In this document: positions 1 through 9,895 of the stretch, in pieces
How the letters are laid out: every line of letters starts with the position of its first letter
Position numbering within the stretch: position 1 is the stretch's first letter
Source of the DNA: a virus
Taxonomy: Duplodnaviria; Heunggongvirae; Uroviricota; Caudoviricetes
Strand: one strand, 5' to 3'
Length of the DNA: 64,000 bases
Virus record (IMG/VR): IMGVR_UViG_3300006217_000002
Notes under the pieces: generated by a model
Told to the model about the DNA's origin: nothing
The model's input: the letters and a program-made list of their open reading frames with translations, nothing else
The model's database searches: none
Made by a program: the position numbers and the translations under genes

Positions 1-15
1 TATGATCCAGCATTT

Positions 16-1122
16 ATGGATTATGAAAAAGACGAGTTTAATTATGGTGATTGGGCTAATGCATGGTTTATTAAGAATATTAAGTCAGTAATGATGAAGT
101 TTGATGGTACCGTAGCTTATGAACTTAATAAGAACGATTACACTAAGAAAGCTGATGGAACAGCTTCCGATGTAACTAACGATAATTATGCTGGTAATGT
201 AATGGTAGGTATTCCTACAGTGTGGATTAGACATACTGTATTGAATGGTAAAGATACGTTTTACTTCTCAGATCAGAAATTAAGTGATGATTTCCATGCA
301 TATGCACATACAGCCGCGGATGGTAGTATCATGTCATATACATATTTGGCTGCATATAATGGTTGGAAAGATAATAATGGAAATATGAGATCATTAAGTA
401 GTAAAACACCAACAACAAGTGAAACATTTCCAAATCAAATCGAACAGGCTAGAGCTAATAATCCAGAAGGTAAACATATGTGGGATATAGATACATTTGT
501 TGATAGAAACTTGATTAACTTGTTATTATTACTCATCGGTAAATCAACTAACACTCAGGATGTATTTGGAAGTGGTAATTTGAATGGATTAAACTATCCA
601 GTAGAAGGAGCTGGCGAATATGGAATACTCCAAACTGGTACTATGGATACAAAAGGTTTATTTTATGGATTCCATAATTCTAACAACGGTGTCAAAGTAT
701 TTGGTATTGAAAACTGGTGGGGCAACGTAAGTAGAAGAGCACAAGGACTGATACTAAACAGTTTGTATTATAAAATCAAACTAACATATGGAACAGAAGA
801 TGGTAGTACATGTGAAGGATATAACTTAACTGGAGATGGATATATTGATGCAGATATAAAATGTCCAAATAATAATGGCGGATATATTAAATTAATGGCT
901 GTTAAAAATGGCATATTATTACCATTTACTACTGGAGGAAGTGCTAGTACATATTATTGTGATTCTCTTTATGTGACTACCTATAGAAGTATTAACTTTC
1001 CTACATTTGGCGGTTATTCATATACAGGTTTTCAAGGCGGTGCATTTATATTTAATTTTACCCATGAAGCTTCATCATCTCCTTATTATATCGGAGTATG
1101 CTTGTCTTGTAAACCGTATTAA
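16..1122 (+). CDS. Tail-fibre/receptor-binding-like protein with C-terminal C-type-lectin (Mtd/FGE-sulfatase-like) domain; may be 5'-truncated by the window edge
   Basis: GIENWWGNV motif and C-terminus FGGYSYTGFQGGAFIFNFTHEASSSPYYIGVCLSCKP resemble CLec-fold Mtd-like proteins; no SD visible before ATG16. Confidence 0.6.
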   Translation: MDYEKDEFNYGDWANAWFIKNIKSVMMKFDGTVAYELNKNDYTKKADGTASDVTNDNYAGNVMVGIPTVWIRHTVLNGKDTFYFSDQKLSDDFHAYAHTAADGSIMSYTYLAAYNGWKDNNGNMRSLSSKTPTTSETFPNQIEQARANNPEGKHMWDIDTFVDRNLINLLLLLIGKSTNTQDVFGSGNLNGLNYPVEGAGEYGILQTGTMDTKGLFYGFHNSNNGVKVFGIENWWGNVSRRAQGLILNSLYYKIKLTYGTEDGSTCEGYNLTGDGYIDADIKCPNNNGGYIKLMAVKNGILLPFTTGGSASTYYCDSLYVTTYRSINFPTFGGYSYTGFQGGAFIFNFTHEASSSPYYIGVCLSCKPY

Positions 1123-1151
1123 AATTCGTATTAAGATTTAATAAAAAATGT

Positions 1152-1183
1152 ATAATAGTGGGGAATTAATTCCCCACTATTAT
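1152..1183. terminator. Perfect 32-bp palindrome between convergent genes (bidirectional terminator)
   Basis: ATAATAGTGGGGAATT|AATTCCCCACTATTAT. Confidence 0.8.
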
Positions 1184-1184
1184 T

Positions 1185-1607
1185 TTACTCATTGAATCTT
1201 CTGTTCCTATCTTCTATCATAGCTTTGACGAATTCTTCTTTCGTCATTTTCTTCATAAGTTTACCTTCATAGACGACATATCCATTACCAATATCCATAT
1301 ATGGTCGTTCTTCATCTTCTATCTCTTCTGGTTCAATTTTATCTTCAGAATCTGATTCATCTACCTCCTCTTTGGGAGTTTTATCTTTTCTTTTACGACG
1401 AGAATTTTTACTATAACCTCCTTGAGAAATATAAAGTTTAACTGTGTTAATAGCTATACCTAATTCCTCAGATATTTCTTCGTAATTTTTATTATCGTCA
1501 AGATACATTTTCTTTACCATATCTCTATTAGATGGTTTCCTTGATTTAGTATCTTTAATAGTTTCATCGACTTGGGTGGTAATTGTATTATCTTTATCGG
1601 TGTTCAT
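1185..1607 (-). CDS. HTH DNA-binding protein with acidic tail
   Basis: KNYEEISEELGIAINTVKLYIS is a typical helix-turn-helix. Confidence 0.7.
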   Translation of the reverse strand: MNTDKDNTITTQVDETIKDTKSRKPSNRDMVKKMYLDDNKNYEEISEELGIAINTVKLYISQGGYSKNSRRKRKDKTPKEEVDESDSEDKIEPEEIEDEERPYMDIGNGYVVYEGKLMKKMTKEEFVKAMIEDRNRRFNE

Positions 1608-1609
1608 AA

Positions 1610-1756
1610 TTACCCCCCCCCCCCCCCATTTAATTCCGCTATGTAAGATTGAACCTCAGGTAAATCAATATCTAACATAATAGAAATTTCTTCTTCGGTT
1701 TTATTATTGAACTCATAAAGTTCTTTGATCCATATCTTTCTACGTTTTTCATTCAT
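1610..1756 (-). CDS. 48-aa HTH-like protein (not in ORF track), ending in Gly5 encoded by a G15 tract
   Basis: SD GAAAGGAG before ATG1756; MNEKRRKIWIKELYEFNNKTEEEISIMLDIDLPEVQSYIAELNGGGGG*; resembles the HTH of 1185..1607. Confidence 0.7.
   Translation of the reverse strand: MNEKRRKIWIKELYEFNNKTEEEISIMLDIDLPEVQSYIAELNGGGGG
1613..1627 (-). repeat. G15 homopolymer (C15 on + strand)
   Basis: 15 consecutive C at 1613-1627; no other comparable G/C run seen in the window. Confidence 0.9.
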
Positions 1757-1774
1757 TGCTATCTCCTTTCCATA

Positions 1775-1804
1775 TAAAGTGGGGATAATTTTATCCCCAC
1801 TTTA
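1775..1804. terminator. Hairpin terminator downstream of the SbcC-like gene
   Basis: TAAAGTGGGGATAA-TT-TTATCCCCACTTTA. Confidence 0.75.
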
Positions 1805-1805
1805 A

Positions 1806-4373
1806 TCATTCAAATATGATGTTCTCGAGTTTATTTTTAGAACCTATATCAGATAATCTTATGGAATCCATAGGTATATTCATCATCTGAGAGATGTTTT
1901 GTGATATCATAAATACTTGCTCTGCTTTTATTTCAACCATCTGATTATGCAGCATCTTTATGAAACCAACTCTATTGATTTCATCTAAGCCTGCATCAAC
2001 TTCATCAAGAAGAATTATATTATATCTACCTGAAGCATTGTTTGCTAATGCAAATGATAACGCCATAGTACTCATAGCCTCTTCAGATTGACTAGCATAT
2101 TTAATGTCAGGAATCTTTTTACCATTTTTGATGTATGGTATTTCAAATGATTCTGGAGATACTTTAAACTTAGCAAGCTTTAACGAATCATCATATATTA
2201 ACGAAAGTAGGTTATTAGTCAACACCTGAATCTTCTTTAAATATTTCTTCATGTAATATACAGGAATACCTTTCTTGGTACCCACAGATTCTGATATAAC
2301 TTCAAGCTCTCGTTTAATCTTAGATAGTTTTTCACCCTCCTTTACTAGTTTCTTGTATTCATTTATCTTTGTTTCCAGAGAATGATGTTGTTCTCTTGTA
2401 GCATTAATAGCATTCGTAATATGTCTAAGTTGGAAATTTAACTCTGCTTGTTCATCACATGCTGTCTCCAACGGTTCAAGAATCTTTTTAGTATTTTCAA
2501 GAGTAGACTTTAGAATGCTCTTGTATTTCTTCCCATCATTATACTTAGTGACTAATGCTATCTTAGAATCAACATCTTCTAATTGTTGATTAATCCTTTC
2601 TACATCTCCTTGAGAAGATCTAATTTGCATTTCAAACTGACTTATGCTTTCCTTCAAAGAATTAATCTGTGATAGATGAGATTCGATACCAGATTTTTGA
2701 TATACAGATAACTGATATTCATACTCTTTTAATCTCTTACAATTATCTATATAAATTTCATAATCTTTCAATATTGATAGATATTCTTGAAGTCCTGAAA
2801 GATCGAAGAATGGCAATCTATTTCTCAATCTGTCGAGTATTCTCTTCTCTGTTAGATCATCTCTTAATGCATCAGGAATTCTTATCTTTTTCATTCTATC
2901 GAGTTCATTCAATATATTATCGATGTTATTGGAAATTATTTGAATATATCTGAGAGTTTCGTCATCATAATTTTCAGTATCATATTTATCTTTCATTTCC
3001 GTTATTACTTCTGAGAATCTATAAAATGGACACTCTGAATATTGAGTATCACAGTTTGGGTATATTATCTGATCATCTTTAAATACCCTCTCAAATAAAT
3101 ATTGCAGATCAGATTGTTTGATCCCACTCATAATCTTTTTAGCTTGTTCTTTCAACCATCTGTCGACAGATTTATTGTCTATTTTCAGTTTAAGATATAC
3201 ATCAAGTGGTTTATTACCGAATGTATAGATCATCTGGCTTATTTGGTTGAATGATTGTAATCTTGAAATCATTGATGCTACATCTTCTGATGACGATCCT
3301 GCTGGAGTAAATGATTTTATCATATTACTTGTAGCAGTAACAGCTTGTCTTATATTCTCAATAGTGTTTATTAATGATTGGATATCATTGTCAGAAGTTA
3401 TCTTCTTTATAGAAATTTCAAGCCTTTCGATATTACGAAGAGCTGAATCAATAGAGATTCTGTATGAATTAATCCTCGATTGTATATCTATTTTATCATT
3501 TGATAATTTAGAACGTTTGCTGATTAAATCTTCCATTGTTATATTTTCCAATGATTCTGATATAATTCTCTCTTCTATTTGATCTAGTTCTTTTATTCGT
3601 GAACTGGCTTCTTCTCTTTTTCTCTTAAGTTCATTAATATCATTACCTTTAATAAGCATTTCTATCTTGCTTAACTTAGAAATGATTGTATCTCTTTCTT
3701 TTTCCCTAGATCTCATATCTTTCCATAACTTAGATAATTGATCTTCTTCAACTACGATATCTGATATATGATAATTATAAAGATTAGAAGCATTTGTTTG
3801 AATAAGTACTTTAACTACTTTCAAATCTTCATTGATCTTTTTATATATCTTCATGTATAGATCAATATCTTCTATCAATTTACCGATATATTCCTTACGT
3901 CTTGCAGGAGTTAATGATACGAATGAGTTAACATTACTTCCAATACGTAAAAGTCTCATCATATCTTGAGTTAATCCCATATGAACTTCTACTAACATGT
4001 TGAAAGATGTTACATTCCCATTTTCGTTTAATTCTTCTCCATTCTTTATAAAATAGCTTTTTACTGTATGACTACTCTTCGTTGATTTGAAATAATGCTT
4101 TATAATATACTCGTCATTTCCATCCTGATAATGAATTTCTTTATAACCATCTTTACCATCTAATATATATGGTAATGTTGATCTTTCATCTAGTGAAGTA
4201 ACATTTGCAAATGGATGTAAAGATGATAATAAAGTTGTCTTCCCAGAAGCATTAATTCCTTCAATTGCAATTATTTTATTTTTCGATTTATCAAAGTTAA
4301 TTTCTATAGTATCTCTATTTCCACCGACATAAAATCCAGCTATATTCACAAGTTTTATGTAAGTAATCTTCAT
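1806..4373 (-). CDS. sbcC: SbcC/Rad50/T4 gp46-like SMC ATPase (recombination nuclease subunit)
   Basis: Walker A GINASGKTT, long coiled coil with central CDTQYSECP hook-like motif, signature-like ASQSE, Walker B ILLDEVDAGLD. Confidence 0.85.
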   Translation of the reverse strand: MKITYIKLVNIAGFYVGGNRDTIEINFDKSKNKIIAIEGINASGKTTLLSSLHPFANVTSLDERSTLPYILDGKDGYKEIHYQDGNDEYIIKHYFKSTKSSHTVKSYFIKNGEELNENGNVTSFNMLVEVHMGLTQDMMRLLRIGSNVNSFVSLTPARRKEYIGKLIEDIDLYMKIYKKINEDLKVVKVLIQTNASNLYNYHISDIVVEEDQLSKLWKDMRSREKERDTIISKLSKIEMLIKGNDINELKRKREEASSRIKELDQIEERIISESLENITMEDLISKRSKLSNDKIDIQSRINSYRISIDSALRNIERLEISIKKITSDNDIQSLINTIENIRQAVTATSNMIKSFTPAGSSSEDVASMISRLQSFNQISQMIYTFGNKPLDVYLKLKIDNKSVDRWLKEQAKKIMSGIKQSDLQYLFERVFKDDQIIYPNCDTQYSECPFYRFSEVITEMKDKYDTENYDDETLRYIQIISNNIDNILNELDRMKKIRIPDALRDDLTEKRILDRLRNRLPFFDLSGLQEYLSILKDYEIYIDNCKRLKEYEYQLSVYQKSGIESHLSQINSLKESISQFEMQIRSSQGDVERINQQLEDVDSKIALVTKYNDGKKYKSILKSTLENTKKILEPLETACDEQAELNFQLRHITNAINATREQHHSLETKINEYKKLVKEGEKLSKIKRELEVISESVGTKKGIPVYYMKKYLKKIQVLTNNLLSLIYDDSLKLAKFKVSPESFEIPYIKNGKKIPDIKYASQSEEAMSTMALSFALANNASGRYNIILLDEVDAGLDEINRVGFIKMLHNQMVEIKAEQVFMISQNISQMMNIPMDSIRLSDIGSKNKLENIIFE

Positions 4374-4411
4374 AACGTCAACCTCCTAATATAATGTATA
4401 ATATTAGTTAG

Positions 4412-4421
4412 AGAATATATA
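4412..4421 (-). promoter_or_regulatory. Putative early promoter TATATATTCT upstream of sbcC
   Basis: Copy of the TATATATT(A/T/C)T motif that recurs upstream of non-structural genes. Confidence 0.55.
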
Positions 4422-4451
4422 ATTTCTATTTGAACGAAAGGAGATGATACA

Positions 4452-5777
4452 ATGAATGATTTGTATCGTATGTTTATCCAGGAGTACATAGAAGATGCGA
4501 ATGAGGAGATGAATAAATATTTAGGAGAAGAAAATAAACCTCTATATTTATTTGATGAAGAAGGGGAAGAAAATGCTAAGAAAGACGTATATAAAATAAA
4601 CTATTTTCTTAGAGATAATCTTCAGATTCCATATGTATCAGATGTACTATCTAAAAAAATTAACCAGGATAAATTAATTGAATTTACCGGTAAATTTATG
4701 GATGATCATGCTAACCAATTATCGACATCTGGTCCAGTATATACATTCACATTTGGTGATAAAGAAACTTCCTTCTTATATGAATTATTTAATGTAAATG
4801 CAGAGAAGTTACTGGATTTATGGTACAAAACAATTGAAGAGACATACTATGGTAACATAAGTGCATTCTTTACTGGATGGATACAAAATGCTCCCCATAA
4901 ATTACTAATGGTTGCTATGCTAATAGAGTCTGTACAAAAGGGATATGAAGATATGATTACGTGTTGTGAATATCTCTGGGCATTCGCAGAATATCCAATA
5001 ATATATAGGGAGTACTGGAAAACTGGAGTAAAAGAAGATGTTATGAATTATACCATCGAGCATCTAGGTAACAAGTTCAAAATAAAAGTAAAGAAACTGA
5101 ATAATTTACAGGCATTATTAAAATATGATGCTACCTCAGCCGTTCTATCTTTTATGGATAGATTAAAAGAAGGAGCAGATAATGTATATGCAGATTTCAT
5201 GCAAAGAATGCGTAATCAGTTAAATAATACTCTAAAAAATATATCAAGAGTATATTACAAGAATTCTGAAGATAATGCAACCCAGCATAATAAGCAATCA
5301 GAATTTGATGACGGAACACTCACTGATCAGGAAGGTATTACCACCAACATTTCTCAAATAGTAGATAATACTATCAATAAATTCGGTAATGCTGAAATTA
5401 ATAGTTCTATATTAAAAGTAGCTGCTGAAGGAAGTCAGGTTGATAAAAATAACTTGTCTGGATTTATTTCCCAGATCTATTCTACAAAAGATAATAAACT
5501 TCCAAAGTTTGTAGAGAATATCATTACTGCGTATTTTGATAAAAATCCCACCGATACCTCTATACAACCTGGAGCGTTTGTTACGTTTGGATTTGCTTTA
5601 TATAGATCTATAGGTACATCTAAGAATCCTTTATATGCGGAAATAAGAAGTATACTAGATTATTGGATGTATAAAATTATCGATATTAGATCTATATATA
5701 GTAGAGAACCTACGTGTATAAATTACACAAGAGCCATTTTTAATTATATGATTTTGATGATAAATCACTATAATTAA
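4452..5777 (+). CDS. Hypothetical alpha-helical protein, 441 aa
   Basis: Long ORF with AAGGAG SD; no diagnostic motif recognised. Confidence 0.6.
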   Translation: MNDLYRMFIQEYIEDANEEMNKYLGEENKPLYLFDEEGEENAKKDVYKINYFLRDNLQIPYVSDVLSKKINQDKLIEFTGKFMDDHANQLSTSGPVYTFTFGDKETSFLYELFNVNAEKLLDLWYKTIEETYYGNISAFFTGWIQNAPHKLLMVAMLIESVQKGYEDMITCCEYLWAFAEYPIIYREYWKTGVKEDVMNYTIEHLGNKFKIKVKKLNNLQALLKYDATSAVLSFMDRLKEGADNVYADFMQRMRNQLNNTLKNISRVYYKNSEDNATQHNKQSEFDDGTLTDQEGITTNISQIVDNTINKFGNAEINSSILKVAAEGSQVDKNNLSGFISQIYSTKDNKLPKFVENIITAYFDKNPTDTSIQPGAFVTFGFALYRSIGTSKNPLYAEIRSILDYWMYKIIDIRSIYSREPTCINYTRAIFNYMILMINHYN

Positions 5778-5835
5778 ATCTGTATCTGTGTAAACTACAG
5801 TTGTAATACTATAAACCTTAAGGAGGAATTATTAA

Positions 5836-7773
5836 ATGAGCGATCAAAATAATTTTAGTGTTATGGGTATGATCGATAGTTATGCATCTGAACAGAATGT
5901 AGATGTAAATGATATCTTCAAAAGACCCAATACACAACAACCTGTATCAGAAAACGAACCATCGATTACTGTGGAAGATGCAGCTATTTCTAAAAATCAA
6001 AATGTGCCTTCTGAATTTCATAAGAAGCAAAAAAGAGAATGGAGCCCTGATGCGTCACTTACAGAAGGAATGCCTGAATTACAGAAGAAAGCAGCAGTAT
6101 ATGAGAAGGGAGAAATCCGTGAGGAGAAACATGATCCTCTTAAGAATATCATGGATGATGTAGCTCTTAAAGAATCCAGAGAATCAATGGATGATATGAG
6201 TCGTAAAACGGCTAATATCGAAGATGCTAAGAATAGACATGGAATTACGAAACTTCAAATTCCTGCTGGAGAAATCCAAACTCGTTTTCTTATTGCAGCA
6301 AGTGATCCTGATTATAAGGTAGCTCAATCAAAACTTGATGAACTTCTTGATGAAGTTGAGAGAGTGTATCCTGAATTTATTCTTGAGAGAGTAACCGAAC
6401 CATCTCCGAATGGCAATCTAAATGAAAATATTGGTAAAGTTAATAATGTTACACCTGAACAGCAATCTTCAGTAACAGGAGTACCTGATAACAATAAAGT
6501 AGTTCAGATGCCTGAAAGAAAAGAAGAATCTTCTATTTCAGAATCCCAGGATGAAGAAAAAGATGTGAAAGTCATCATTGATAAATCCGCTCTTTCTACT
6601 GTATCATGGAGTGAAGAGGAAGTAGCAAAGATCAAGAAGTCTCGTTCAATCGAACTTAACATTGTAGAAGGATCCAAAATTAAATTTGGGGAAATTGAAG
6701 ATGTGAGTGAGAATTTTGTCGATAGAGTTCTTGAACAATATCAGAGAAAAACTAATGATATTGTAGCAGTATTACCGGCATCTAAATATCGTGCAACATT
6801 TACAGGACTTAGCTATCCTGAGGTACTTGATCTAAGTACATCTCAGGAAATGAATACTATTGATGCTGAATGGAAAAAATGGTCTATTTGTTTTGGTCAT
6901 ATTAAAAATCCATCTATCGGAGCATGGGAAGAATACTATCTTTATACTGATCCTGATACAGGTAAAGAAATCAGAGTTGAAACTAGTGAGGGAATTCCTG
7001 ATGGAATCGATGCTCATTTTGTTTCTAAGTTTGAAGATTTCCTTCGAAAGACTTCTTTCATGGATCTTGACTTTATGCTCTGGAAGATTCTTTGCGCTAC
7101 AGCAAAGGATAAAGAGATCATTTCTATTGATTGTCATGCAGTGAATAAAGTCAACGGGCAGGATCAGCAGTGTGGTAATACATATGATTGGATCTATAGT
7201 CCATCTGATCTATTAGATATGACCAGCATCAATGTAGCAGTTCTTGATGAAATGAAAGAAGCTGGTGAGGCTTCTACAGTAGAAGATATTATGAGAATTT
7301 ATAAATCTGCACCAGTAAATTCTATGGATACAGTAGAACTTACAACCTCAGGATTTATTGCTGTAATTGGTCACGTATCTGCATATGAATATCTTAGCAG
7401 TATCTATCCAATTATTAAGAGTCTTGAAGAGGATAATGATGATCCTACAGTTGTATCAAGAGGTATGACTTATATGACTCTTAGTGTTGTTAAGGCTATT
7501 CTTATTCCTAATGGAAAAGGTGGATACAAGAGGATTAAAGGTGCTAATAGTATTGCTAAGGTAGTAAAGCAGCTTGATGAATTTGACTGGCAGACCATTA
7601 TGGAAATTTCGAGAATGGCTATGGAGCCTTATCAGTTTAAGTATTCTCTGAAAGATATAGTTTGTCCTAAGTGTAAGAATAGATCAACGATCCGTGTTGA
7701 AGATATGAGCAGGATGCTTTTTATTGTAGCCCGGAGCCTCAGCAGCGTGCAAGTAACATTGAAGAAAGCTTAG
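5836..7773 (+). CDS. T4 gp26-like baseplate hub/tail assembly protein with long N-terminal extension
   Basis: C-terminal part has DLDFMLWKILCAT..EIISIDC..CG and CPKC Zn pairs typical of gp26-like proteins; AGGAGG SD. Confidence 0.55.
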   Translation: MSDQNNFSVMGMIDSYASEQNVDVNDIFKRPNTQQPVSENEPSITVEDAAISKNQNVPSEFHKKQKREWSPDASLTEGMPELQKKAAVYEKGEIREEKHDPLKNIMDDVALKESRESMDDMSRKTANIEDAKNRHGITKLQIPAGEIQTRFLIAASDPDYKVAQSKLDELLDEVERVYPEFILERVTEPSPNGNLNENIGKVNNVTPEQQSSVTGVPDNNKVVQMPERKEESSISESQDEEKDVKVIIDKSALSTVSWSEEEVAKIKKSRSIELNIVEGSKIKFGEIEDVSENFVDRVLEQYQRKTNDIVAVLPASKYRATFTGLSYPEVLDLSTSQEMNTIDAEWKKWSICFGHIKNPSIGAWEEYYLYTDPDTGKEIRVETSEGIPDGIDAHFVSKFEDFLRKTSFMDLDFMLWKILCATAKDKEIISIDCHAVNKVNGQDQQCGNTYDWIYSPSDLLDMTSINVAVLDEMKEAGEASTVEDIMRIYKSAPVNSMDTVELTTSGFIAVIGHVSAYEYLSSIYPIIKSLEEDNDDPTVVSRGMTYMTLSVVKAILIPNGKGGYKRIKGANSIAKVVKQLDEFDWQTIMEISRMAMEPYQFKYSLKDIVCPKCKNRSTIRVEDMSRMLFIVARSLSSVQVTLKKA

Positions 7774-7925
7774 CATTCATAGAGGAACTGGGCACGCTAT
7801 TTAAGAACGATCCTACATTTGATTATATCTTTTATCATCTTCCAAAATCTTATTTTGTTAGAATCGTTGAACTTAGACGGAAAAGAATGTCTAGTGAACC
7901 TCCGTCACTGTCAGAATTATTATAA
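7701..7925 (+). CDS. Start-less -1 frame ORF, candidate programmed-frameshift extension of 5836..7773
   Basis: Frame open from TGA7698-7700 to TAA7923-7925 (..AFYCSPEPQQRASNIEESLAFIEELGTLFKNDPTFDYIFYHLPKSYFVRIVELRRKRMSSEPPSLSELL); T run CTTTTTA at 7717-7723; fills the gap to the next gene. Confidence 0.5.
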   Translation, partial: RYEQDAFYCSPEPQQRASNIEESLAFIEELGTLFKNDPTFDYIFYHLPKSYFVRIVELRRKRMSSEPPSLSELL

Positions 7926-7934
7926 AGGAAGCAG

Positions 7935-8249
7935 GTGTTTAAAATGGAGAAGTATAAACCAGGTTACCTGGGAAAAGTTATACCTGCTGATAATCCATCC
8001 AAAATGACGGGATTCTTAACACACCAATATGATTCGTTCTCGAAAATTTATGATACATGCAAAGATCAATCTAAAGATATCAAAGATATCAAGGTTGTGG
8101 AGAATAATAATGGTTCTCCAGCTGATAGTTTAAGTGTAAAGATTTCAGCTAGTCCTGAAACGGTAACTGAAATCGTAAAGAAGGCCGCTGGCGAATGCTC
8201 TGTCACTGTAAAGGGTGATGTGATTACAGCAACTGGTAATAAAAAATAA
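7935..8249 (+). CDS. Hypothetical protein
   Basis: ORF with SD, followed by a terminator. Confidence 0.65.
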   Translation: MFKMEKYKPGYLGKVIPADNPSKMTGFLTHQYDSFSKIYDTCKDQSKDIKDIKVVENNNGSPADSLSVKISASPETVTEIVKKAAGECSVTVKGDVITATGNKK

Positions 8250-8255
8250 AAAACA

Positions 8256-8284
8256 AAGAGAGGATCCATTACGGATCCTCTCTT
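8256..8284. terminator. Bidirectional hairpin between convergent genes
   Basis: AAGAGAGGATCC-ATTAC-GGATCCTCTCTT. Confidence 0.8.
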
Positions 8285-8290
8285 CTTACT

Positions 8291-8974
8291 TTATTTACAA
8301 TGCGTAGCTATATCTACTCCAATAGTATAAGTTGGTTTAGAATCTTTATCTTTCCAACCTACAGGTTCTTCAAAGTACTTCTTGTACTCTTCAAAGAATC
8401 TATCTATAATACAATTTCTGCATTCTGATGTATCTTCATTTTCATTATTCAGAACATTGATGGATTTATTCCCAGCTTCATCTCTGACCATTAGAACCGG
8501 TATAAGTTTTATATACTCTAAGTCATTGATATTGATTCTTGGATGATTATTTACTATAAATGGATTTTTAGAACCATCAGGCATTGGCACTGTGATTATT
8601 GGAGGCGGATATGAAGTTTCAAACAATTGATCAATAAACCATTTATCCAGACCATCTTCAGGAGGATCGGTTAACATAAATCTTAGATCTATTACTCTGG
8701 AACGTTTCTTTTCACCACAAAGGCATTTATGATAATCGAAATGATCTTCAAATATCATCTTATTCAACTGATTACAGAGCATAGCTAAGAGATATTTCTG
8801 ACGAGGTATCTTCCAATATATATCCAAAGATTGATCATCTTGATCTTCCGGATCATAGAAACATTTCCCTCTTGAATATAATTCATGGAGTTCTCCCCAT
8901 GTAGGAAGTTCTTCTTTAGCATATAGAGATAAGTTATATACTTTCTCTCCGTTTTTATTTTCATTCCACGGCAT
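8291..8974 (-). CDS. Hypothetical protein
   Basis: 227-aa ORF abutting the upstream gene. Confidence 0.65.
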   Translation of the reverse strand: MPWNENKNGEKVYNLSLYAKEELPTWGELHELYSRGKCFYDPEDQDDQSLDIYWKIPRQKYLLAMLCNQLNKMIFEDHFDYHKCLCGEKKRSRVIDLRFMLTDPPEDGLDKWFIDQLFETSYPPPIITVPMPDGSKNPFIVNNHPRININDLEYIKLIPVLMVRDEAGNKSINVLNNENEDTSECRNCIIDRFFEEYKKYFEEPVGWKDKDSKPTYTIGVDIATHCK

Positions 8975-9895
8975 TTATGTATCACTCTCCTCCATATTTG
9001 ATAACGGTTTACCACTATCCATGCAATATTGAAGATCTGCCAGCGTTGCATAATACTTAGTCAATTCAGGAACAGATTCAGGATTAGCATTATTTTCAAT
9101 TGCATTTTTGATAAAATGAGAAGCCCACAATAATGATTTATATACGAGCTCCTGATGATCTTTATCTGCTTCAATATTTAGTAATTTATATCTTCCTAAT
9201 GGATTGAATCTGGTATTCCAACCATTCATCTCTTCATCACTCACTTCTGCCCAGTGAGTAACAGTACATCCCTTATCGATATTTTCTTTATTGGATAGAG
9301 GACTATAATCGAACAGAGGGAAAGGAGGAAGAATTTTCCAATTACCTTTTTCATCTATTGTTGCGATTTTCATATCTTCTGCTTCAAGAATTACGTCAAA
9401 CGTTTCTCCATATGTTTTATTAGGATCTACGAATCTTATGGCGACGGGTTTATCTATTGGAGCAGGAGTTTCATTTACATCAATCCATGTATATGGAGAC
9501 TTCTCAGATGTCAATATACCTGAAACTTTTTGTTTATCCAATGGAGGAAGACTTTTAAGTTTCTCCTCGATTTCTTCAGGTTTATATCTTCCTTCAGTAA
9601 CTAACAGCCATGATACAGGAGGAATGAGATCTTTTAGATCTCTTGGGTTAACTCTGTAGTCTCCATTTGGTAATCTCGTTATAACACTTAATTGTTCCAT
9701 AACAGACATAAGCTGGCCAATAGTATCATCTGTTAGAAACGGATGCCATAACTTCATCATTGATACAGTAACAACTGGTTTGCTTATTGTCTTAAATATT
9801 GCATCAGCTATAATCTTTTTGCTTCCCTGATCAACATTTGGTAACATATCTACAGACTCCTGAATAGGTTGATTAATTTTAGCCATTTTATTCAT
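8975..9895 (-). CDS. Hypothetical protein whose N-terminus (MAKINQPIQESVDM) is shared with the prohead protease gene
   Basis: 306-aa ORF; 45-bp exact match to 36666..36710. Confidence 0.7.
   Translation of the reverse strand: MNKMAKINQPIQESVDMLPNVDQGSKKIIADAIFKTISKPVVTVSMMKLWHPFLTDDTIGQLMSVMEQLSVITRLPNGDYRVNPRDLKDLIPPVSWLLVTEGRYKPEEIEEKLKSLPPLDKQKVSGILTSEKSPYTWIDVNETPAPIDKPVAIRFVDPNKTYGETFDVILEAEDMKIATIDEKGNWKILPPFPLFDYSPLSNKENIDKGCTVTHWAEVSDEEMNGWNTRFNPLGRYKLLNIEADKDHQELVYKSLLWASHFIKNAIENNANPESVPELTKYYATLADLQYCMDSGKPLSNMEESDT
9843..9887 (-). repeat. 45-bp exact dispersed repeat (inverted copy at 36666..36710)
   Basis: AATGGCTAAAATTAATCAACCTATTCAGGAGTCTGTAGATATGTT in both genes, same reading frame. 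Confidence 0.9.

Noticed and set aside
4452-5777. Possible sigma-like promoter-specificity subunit of the non-virion RNAP
   Set aside because: Size and helical character fit, but no motif I can recognise; needs a profile or structure search
7819-8007. ORF-track 62-aa ORF
   Set aside because: TTG start without SD and overlaps the next gene; the 7701..7925 frame explains the gap better
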